34,131 nt of DNA from Nitrospira japonica (GTDB taxonomy: Bacteria; Nitrospirota; Thermodesulfovibrionia; Thermodesulfovibrionales; SM23-35): the NCBI GenBank assembly GCA_020725385.1, contig DYFC01000047.1, positions 1 to 34,131 on the forward strand. Direction: 5' to 3'. Position numbers and translations under genes: made by a program. Under the pieces are notes generated by a model. The model was not told the DNA's origin and made no database searches. It worked only from the letters and a program-made list of their open reading frames with translations. Numbering within the stretch: the stretch's first letter is position 1; every line of letters starts with the position of its first letter. Positions 28,187 through 34,131 of the stretch are shown here, piece after piece.

Positions 28187-28598
28187 TGCAAAAATCGCTG
28201 TTGTTCAGGAAAGAATAAGAAGGTTATCAAACTTTTCAAGTCTTTCTTTTGAATCTTATCTTAAAGATTTAACAGTCAGAGATGCTATAGAAAGGAATAT
28301 TGAGGTTGCTATTCAAGCATGTATTGATATTGCCAGAATAATAATCAAAAGGGAAAGATTAAGGGAACCTGAAGATAATAAAGGTGTATTTGTTGTTCTT
28401 GCTGAAAATAATTATATTAGTGAAAAATCTTTGAAATTTCTTATCCCAATGGCTGGCACGCGTAATGTTCTTGTTCATGGCTATGATAAAATTGACGACT
28501 CAATTATTTTTGGTGTATTAAAAAAACATTTATCAGATTTTAACTTATTTATAAAAGATATTGAAGAAAGATATTTAATTAAAAAAACTGGTGATTAG
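28173..28598 (+). CDS. hepT: HEPN RNase toxin (DUF86), type VII TA
   Basis: AIERNIEVAIQACIDI and RNVLVHGY (RX4HXY); overlaps mntA. Confidence 0.88.
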   Translation: MEEINAKIAVVQERIRRLSNFSSLSFESYLKDLTVRDAIERNIEVAIQACIDIARIIIKRERLREPEDNKGVFVVLAENNYISEKSLKFLIPMAGTRNVLVHGYDKIDDSIIFGVLKKHLSDFNLFIKDIEERYLIKKTGD

Positions 28599-28611
28599 CC
28601 TAATTTTGATG

Positions 28612-29772
28612 TTATTTTTTTGTATGACAGAAGAGGCAGCCTTTTTTATCCTTGCTTCCTGCTCCAGCCTCTGAATAATCCCATCTAAGTATATCAGGAT
28701 ATGGGCTTGCATGGGCTCTATGGCATGAAAGACACATTATAATGCTGTCTGAATCCACTGTATTTTCGTTACCTGTTGGATTCTGATAGGCAACTGGAGA
28801 TTCAAGACTGTAATTCACATATCCCTGATATTCTGAACCCGCATAACCTCCATGAACACCGCTGAATGATATGTCAGAGGGATGCCTTCTCCAGAGAGAA
28901 TTATATGCATGACCAACTTCTTTACTTCCCCCGAGATTAGGATTCGGATGAAACTTTCCATGACATTCTCCGCATAAATAACTTATTGTGTTCATTGAAT
29001 CATGTGTCTGATCTCCCTTATAGCCGTTATGTTCCGATTCACTCGCAAGATATTCCCAATCTTTATGTTCTTTTCCAACAATTCCATAAAGAAATCTATA
29101 ACTTTTTCCAACTGTTGAACCATCAATGGTACTGTCATCTTCATGATGTGCTCCATGCATTGCCCCAAATTCATCTTCAATGGTTCTATTGCCATGGCAT
29201 CCATACATACCAGAACATGAAAGCTGTTTGTACGAAGGCCAGTTAGAAGGTCCTGTTCCGCCCGGAATATTTACACTTTCAAGAAAACCCGGCGGAGTAT
29301 TCATTGGAGGACTTTCAATTAAAGATATTCCTTTAACATTATGTCCTTTTGAATAATCAGGATTAAACGGGTCGGCTACATAATAATAATTTCCACCAGC
29401 AAGATCTCCACTCTCCATGTGATGAATAACCTGTGGAACTCTCATTTTTCCTTTTTTAATAATATTTTCTGTGCCAGATGGGCTTTGACCATGACAGCCG
29501 AGACAACCGCCTATAGTCATAGACGGAAAAGGCCCTTTTTGATAAGCATATGTAACTTCTGCTCCTTCTTTGCTATAGTGCATTGAATGACAATCCTTGC
29601 ATTTCCCTTTAACACGAGCATCAACAACAGAAACAAAACAGCAAAGAGCAAAGAGCATTGAGCATAAAACATAAAGCGTAGAGTTTAGAGCGTAGAGCTT
29701 AGAGTCTTTGCTCTTCGCTCTTTGCTCTTTGCTCTTCGCTAATTTTATTTTCCCATATGACATATCAAACAT
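28612..29772 (-). CDS. OmcS-like hexaheme cytochrome (5 CxxCH + CX5CH)
   Basis: CKDCHSMH, GGNY, KGHNV, CSGMYGCH, RHPSD, CLSCHRAH, CLFCH; start 29772 or 29763. Confidence 0.85.
   Translation of the reverse strand: MFDMSYGKIKLAKSKEQRAKSKDSKLYALNSTLYVLCSMLFALCCFVSVVDARVKGKCKDCHSMHYSKEGAEVTYAYQKGPFPSMTIGGCLGCHGQSPSGTENIIKKGKMRVPQVIHHMESGDLAGGNYYYVADPFNPDYSKGHNVKGISLIESPPMNTPPGFLESVNIPGGTGPSNWPSYKQLSCSGMYGCHGNRTIEDEFGAMHGAHHEDDSTIDGSTVGKSYRFLYGIVGKEHKDWEYLASESEHNGYKGDQTHDSMNTISYLCGECHGKFHPNPNLGGSKEVGHAYNSLWRRHPSDISFSGVHGGYAGSEYQGYVNYSLESPVAYQNPTGNENTVDSDSIIMCLSCHRAHASPYPDILRWDYSEAGAGSKDKKGCLFCHTKK
29640..29740. repeat. Inverted heptamer arrays, family A, forming the signal peptide
   Basis: Encodes AKSKEQRAKSK then LYALNSTLYVLCSMLFALC. 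Confidence 0.85.
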
Positions 29773-30749
29773 CCATTTTTTCCGTTTTCATTTGTATAAA
29801 GATTTTCATAGTTCCATCTTAAAGAAGAGTCATAAGGTCCCGCATGCGCAAGGTGACATGAAAGACACATAACCGAATCTTTTCCTGTGTTAATTTCCGA
29901 ACTTGAAGTAGTACTTAAAGTTTCACGTGCAACAGGCGCATTAACATTATATATTGTATAATCTTCGTAACCCTGTTTGAAAGGTATTGGAACACCTACA
30001 GGATGCCTGAACCATCCACTTCTATTATTTTCAATATCATGGAAAGAACCATGACATGAGATGCAAATCATATCGATAGACTTTGAATATTCATTATGTT
30101 TATTTGAATTTGCTTTTTGATTCCAGTCTTTGTCCTCAAACCCTGTTACACCTTTTGTATTGGATGTAATCTTTAAAAATCTATAACTTTTTGCGGTTGT
30201 GCTTCCATCAATTGGCTTATCAATCGCATGATGTGTACCAACTATCGCTAAAAAGGGGTCATCAATATTTCTATCACCATGACATCCATTTGAACCAGCA
30301 CACATGAGATTTTCTCTATGACTATAACCAATGCTTGATGGATCCTTTTTCCTATTGTATCCTGGCGGGTCATTTCTAAATTTCATATCACTTGAAGCAA
30401 TTCCATAAACATTATGTCCTTTCCTATCACCGAAATCCTTCCCAACATAATAGAAATTACCACCGGCAAGAGAATTTACAGGTAGCACTGTATTATGAAC
30501 TACGGGAACTCTATTGCTTCCAAGATTTTTTATTGTATCGCTAGTTATATTTGAATGACAATTAACACAAAACTCATTTTTTTGAACATACTGAAATGCT
30601 TTTTTTGTATAAGTTTTCTCCATCATTCCAGGATAAAGATTATGGCATACATCGCAATCTCCACCAACAGTTGCCCGCACCTCTTGAGAAAAAATTATTA
30701 AAATAAATAGTAACGTTAAAATTAAAATATTCCTTATTTTCATATTCAT
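29745..30749 (-). CDS. Divergent OmcS-like hexaheme cytochrome (5 CxxCH + CX5CH)
   Basis: CDVCH, GGNF, KGHNV, CAGSNGCH, RHPVG, CLSCHLAH, CLICH; start ATG 30749 or 30743. Confidence 0.85.
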   Translation of the reverse strand: MNMKIRNILILTLLFILIIFSQEVRATVGGDCDVCHNLYPGMMEKTYTKKAFQYVQKNEFCVNCHSNITSDTIKNLGSNRVPVVHNTVLPVNSLAGGNFYYVGKDFGDRKGHNVYGIASSDMKFRNDPPGYNRKKDPSSIGYSHRENLMCAGSNGCHGDRNIDDPFLAIVGTHHAIDKPIDGSTTAKSYRFLKITSNTKGVTGFEDKDWNQKANSNKHNEYSKSIDMICISCHGSFHDIENNRSGWFRHPVGVPIPFKQGYEDYTIYNVNAPVARETLSTTSSSEINTGKDSVMCLSCHLAHAGPYDSSLRWNYENLYTNENGKNGCLICHMGK

Positions 30750-30759
30750 AAATTTAAAA

Positions 30760-30775
30760 TGCAACAATAATACCA
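30760..30775 (-). promoter_or_regulatory. Putative sigma54 -24/-12 promoter
   Basis: TGGTATTATTGTTGCA, GG-N10-GC. Confidence 0.5.
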
Positions 30776-30970
30776 GATTATTGTTTGAAGAATAATAAAG
30801 CTTAAGCTTAATTTATCAATTATATATCATCAAAGTCAATTAATATCTTCTTTTGCTTAAACAAATTTTTATTACTTTTATTCAAATTTCTCTTATATTA
30901 TATTGACTTCTAAACTTATAAATAGACATAATATTTAAATATGTAATTTTAAAAAATTTAGGAGATTACG

Positions 30971-31258
30971 ATGTTAAATGTATCAGACTCTGCTGTAAAA
31001 AAATTCAAAGATTTTATAAATGAGCAAAAACTTACCGGTCATGGCATAAGAATTCTTGCAGTGCCAGGTGGTTGAAGACCTTCCCTGACTATGGACATAG
31101 TCAAAGATGCTATAGAGGGAGATGTTACTCTTGAGAGAGATGGCCTGAAAGTTTTTTTACAAAATGAAGCAATAATGTGGTTCCCGAATGTGACTATAGA
31201 TTATTCCGATGAAACAGGATTCTTCTTATCAGGAGTCGATGCCTGTTCTTGCTCTTAA
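30971..31258 (+). CDS. HesB/IscA-like selenoprotein (95 aa, Sec35); absent from ORF track
   Basis: MLNVSDSAVKKFK...GIRILAVPGG-U(TGA 31073)-RPSLTMD...DGLKVF...TIDYS...GF...CSCS; AGGAG RBS; SECIS-like hairpin. Confidence 0.85.
31086..31103 (+). promoter_or_regulatory. Bacterial SECIS-like hairpin
   Basis: TGACTAT-GGAC-ATAGTCA, 10 nt after the in-frame TGA. Confidence 0.75.
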
Positions 31259-31280
31259 AATAATAAAAAAATCTAAAATT

Positions 31281-32750
31281 ATGCAATACCTACTTATTTT
31301 TTCCCTGTTGATATTTTCTTTCAACGCATCTTCTTATGCTTTCATTACTACAACCGATGAGGGGATTTGTTCACCTGATGCAGAAAAATCAAAAGAATGT
31401 CTTGAAAATGAAAATATCATTCAACCACCTGGCTCAGAAAAAGATTTTAACAAACAAAATATACGAATTGAAAAGAAAAAGGATTCAAAAGTTTCTACAA
31501 CTCCTGAAAATATTTCTGCACAGACAAAACATAAAGTAATTATTTATTTTTTCTGGGGAGATGGATGCCCTCATTGTAAGGAAGAAAAAGCTTTCTTTTC
31601 AAGAATTAAAGAAAAATATAACCTTGAAATTAAAAATTTTGAAGTCTGGTATAACAAAGAAAATGCTGATTTCCTTAAGAAAACTGCAGAAGCCTATAAA
31701 CTAAAATCTTCTGGAGTGCCTGTTACATTTATTGGCACACATTCATTCATAGGTTTCTCAAAAGATAAAGAGTATGATATTGAGAAAGCCATTCAGGAGT
31801 GTTCTGATATAAAGTGTGTCGATCCCGGACTTATAGCTTCTGGCAAAATTTCAATCGAAAACATAGTGCAAATACAAATTACAGGAGAAACAACCAAAGA
31901 AGTAGAATGTACAGAAAGAAGCAAGAATGTTGACATTCCATGGTTAGGCAGGGTTGATGCGTCGAAATTATCTTTACCTGTAATTACAATTGTAATAGCA
32001 GGTTTGGATAGCTTTAATCCATGTGCATTTTTTGTGCTTTTTTCACTCTTAGGACTTCTTATACATGCAAGATCCCGCCAGAAAATGTTCATTATAGGCA
32101 GTATCTTTGTATTCTTCTCTGGTTTTATATACTTTCTTTTTATGGCTGCATGGTTAAATCTCTTCCTCTTAATGGGACAGGTTCAGATTATCACAATAGT
32201 TGCAGGCGTTATAGCAATTTTAATAGCAATTATTAATATCAAAGATTTTTTTATTTTCAAAAAAGGCATTTCTTTAACAATACCCGATAGTGCTAAACCC
32301 AGTCTTTTTGATAAAATGAGAAGACTTATCAAATCAAGTTCCTTTGTATCGATAATTATAGGCACTACAGCGCTTGCAATAGCTGCTAATTCGTATGAAT
32401 TATTATGCACTGCTGGATTTCCAATGGTTTTTACAAGAATATTAACCTTAAACAATTTAGGTAATCTTACATATTACGCCTATCTGTTACTTTATAACAT
32501 TATTTATGTAATACCTTTATTTTTAATTGTTATAAGCTTTACAATAACACTCGGCAAAAGACAGCTAAGTGAATGGCAGGGAAGAGTGCTTAAATTAATT
32601 TCAGGGTTAATGATGCTCGGTTTGGGTTTGGTACTTTTGTTTGATCCAACAATATTGAGCAATACTTTAATTTCTTTCTCACTGCTTGCAGGAGCTTTGG
32701 TTTTATCTTTTATCTTAGTATTTTTTATAAAAAAATTTGGATACAAATAA
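31281..32750 (+). CDS. Glutaredoxin/thioredoxin domain fused to CcdA/DsbD-like membrane domain
   Basis: Signal peptide, CPHC, GVP cis-Pro, DSFNPC and ELLCTAGFP membrane cysteines; start 31281 avoids overlap with hesB-like gene. Confidence 0.82.
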   Translation: MQYLLIFSLLIFSFNASSYAFITTTDEGICSPDAEKSKECLENENIIQPPGSEKDFNKQNIRIEKKKDSKVSTTPENISAQTKHKVIIYFFWGDGCPHCKEEKAFFSRIKEKYNLEIKNFEVWYNKENADFLKKTAEAYKLKSSGVPVTFIGTHSFIGFSKDKEYDIEKAIQECSDIKCVDPGLIASGKISIENIVQIQITGETTKEVECTERSKNVDIPWLGRVDASKLSLPVITIVIAGLDSFNPCAFFVLFSLLGLLIHARSRQKMFIIGSIFVFFSGFIYFLFMAAWLNLFLLMGQVQIITIVAGVIAILIAIINIKDFFIFKKGISLTIPDSAKPSLFDKMRRLIKSSSFVSIIIGTTALAIAANSYELLCTAGFPMVFTRILTLNNLGNLTYYAYLLLYNIIYVIPLFLIVISFTITLGKRQLSEWQGRVLKLISGLMMLGLGLVLLFDPTILSNTLISFSLLAGALVLSFILVFFIKKFGYK

Positions 32751-32771
32751 TCGCAATAACACGGTGACAAT

Positions 32772-33194
32772 GTGAAAAAAGTCATGTTCATATGTACAGC
32801 AAATTCCTGTAGAAGCCAGATAGCCGAGGGATTCGCAAAGGAATATGGCAAAGGTATTATTGAAGCTTATAGCGCTGGAATCATGACAGCAGGTATTCAC
32901 CACAGAGCTGCCACAGTTATGAAAGAAATTGGCATAGATATATCAAAACAAGAATCAAAAGAAATAGATGCGGAGTTACTCTTAAAAATGGACTATGTGA
33001 TTACTTTATGTAGTTATGCAGAAACATTCTGTCCTAAATTCATTCCCGGTATTAATAGATTACACTGGCCGATTAAAGATCCTGTTGGCACTTCAGGAAG
33101 TGAAGAGTTTATAATAAACGATTTCAGGCGTGCAAGGGATGAAATTAAAGAAAAAGTACTTGAATTCATCAACCAAATAAAAACATCCGGTTAA
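32772..33194 (+). CDS. arsC: Thioredoxin-coupled arsenate reductase (LMW-PTPase fold)
   Basis: CTANSCRSQIAEG, ITLC...CP, HWPIKDP, RDEI. Confidence 0.88.
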   Translation: MKKVMFICTANSCRSQIAEGFAKEYGKGIIEAYSAGIMTAGIHHRAATVMKEIGIDISKQESKEIDAELLLKMDYVITLCSYAETFCPKFIPGINRLHWPIKDPVGTSGSEEFIINDFRRARDEIKEKVLEFINQIKTSG

Positions 33195-33358
33195 TTCTCA
33201 CACTCAAATCTTATTTGTCTTGATATTAAGGGGATTTGCTTTAGAATTCAGGGGTAAGATAGAATCTCAAATATGGAAAAAGGGATGGGATTCAGCGATA
33301 CCTTCATGCAGTCTTATCCCTTCACTACTTAAACGACCTAACTTGAAAGGAGGTTTTT

Positions 33359-34081
33359 ATGCCACAAGAATTTAAACCAGGCTGTGCCAGACCTACCGGT
33401 GGAGTAGTCGGAGAAAAAGAAAAAAACAAAAAAGAACAAAATGAGCAGATAACAAAAAAGGAGGAAAAGAATATGATTCTTATCGGAAGGAAAGCTCCGG
33501 ATTTTACAGCTCCAGCATATCATCAAGGGAAATTTATCAATTTGCAATTATCGGAATATTTTGGAAAATGGATATTACTTTGTTTTTACCCGGGTGATTT
33601 TACTTTTGTTTGAGCAACAGAACTTTCGGCAGTTGCTGAAAAATATACTGAGTTTAAAAAACTTGGCGTTGAAATATTTTCGATTAGTATTGATAGTGTT
33701 TTTGTGCATAAAATGTGGAATGACCATGAACTTTCAAAGATGGTAAAAGGAGGTGTACCTTTTCCCATGCTCTCTGATACCGGAGGAAAAGTGGGAACGG
33801 TTTATGGTGTTTATGACGATAATTCCGGTGTTGAAACAAGGGGAAGATTTATTATTGACCCTGACGGAATAATACAGGGATACGAGGTTTTAACACCTCC
33901 TGTTGGAAGAAATGTAAGCGAGACTCTCAGACAAGTTCAAGCGTTCCAACTTGTGCGGAAAAGTAAGGGCACTGAAGCAACACCATCTGGCTGGAAGCCA
34001 GGGAAAATGACCTTAAAGCCCGGGCCTGAACTTGTTGGCAATGTCTGGAAGGTCTGGAAGACAAAAATGGCATTCGAATAA
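33359..34081 (+). CDS. prxU: Selenocysteine peroxiredoxin PrxU (240 aa); split in ORF track
   Basis: FYPGDFTFV-U(TGA 33611)-ATEL at the peroxidatic Cys position; 33359 and 33704 ORFs are in the same frame. Confidence 0.92.
33624..33641 (+). promoter_or_regulatory. Bacterial SECIS-like hairpin
   Basis: TTTCGGC-AGTT-GCTGAAA, 10 nt after the in-frame TGA. Confidence 0.65.
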
Positions 34082-34131
34082 TTTTCTAATTAACCCGAAA
34101 AATGCAGTTAGGATAACAAAGGAATAAAAAA

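Noticed and set aside
11342-29740. Repeat arrays as CRISPR
   Set aside because: Units are 7-9 nt, contiguous and degenerate, with no unique spacers and no cas genes
33359-33613. Peroxiredoxin pseudogene or two separate genes
   Set aside because: The TGA sits exactly at the catalytic Cys with a downstream hairpin and an intact frame; Sec is the better explanation

Overview
AT-rich bacterial window, probably from an anaerobic metal/sulfate-reducer such as a Thermodesulfovibrionia-like Nitrospirota (taxonomy inferred from gene content only). Positions 1-9.5 kb hold ordinary genes: rsmD fragment, PPC/DUF296, OmpA lipoprotein, pepF, PAS histidine kinase, TolC, gapN and a GNAT. Positions 9.5-30.8 kb are a minus-strand extracellular electron transfer locus: four OmcS-like cytochromes, 26-, 16- and 7-heme cytochromes, a PPIase, three CsgG/DUF799-like proteins, a beta-barrel and two beta-propellers. 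This matches the layout of the Geobacter omcS/osc neighbourhood and is interrupted by an MNT-HEPN toxin-antitoxin pair. Positions 31-34.1 kb are a redox cluster with two selenoproteins that the ORF track misses or splits (HesB-like and PrxU), each with a SECIS-like hairpin. The least explained signal is a set of degenerate 7-nt and 9-nt tandem arrays at almost every gene junction of the cytochrome locus. They are often paired as inverted arms, they encode parts of the signal peptides, and in one case they bracket a four-helix-bundle (IVS protein/Avd-like) gene.
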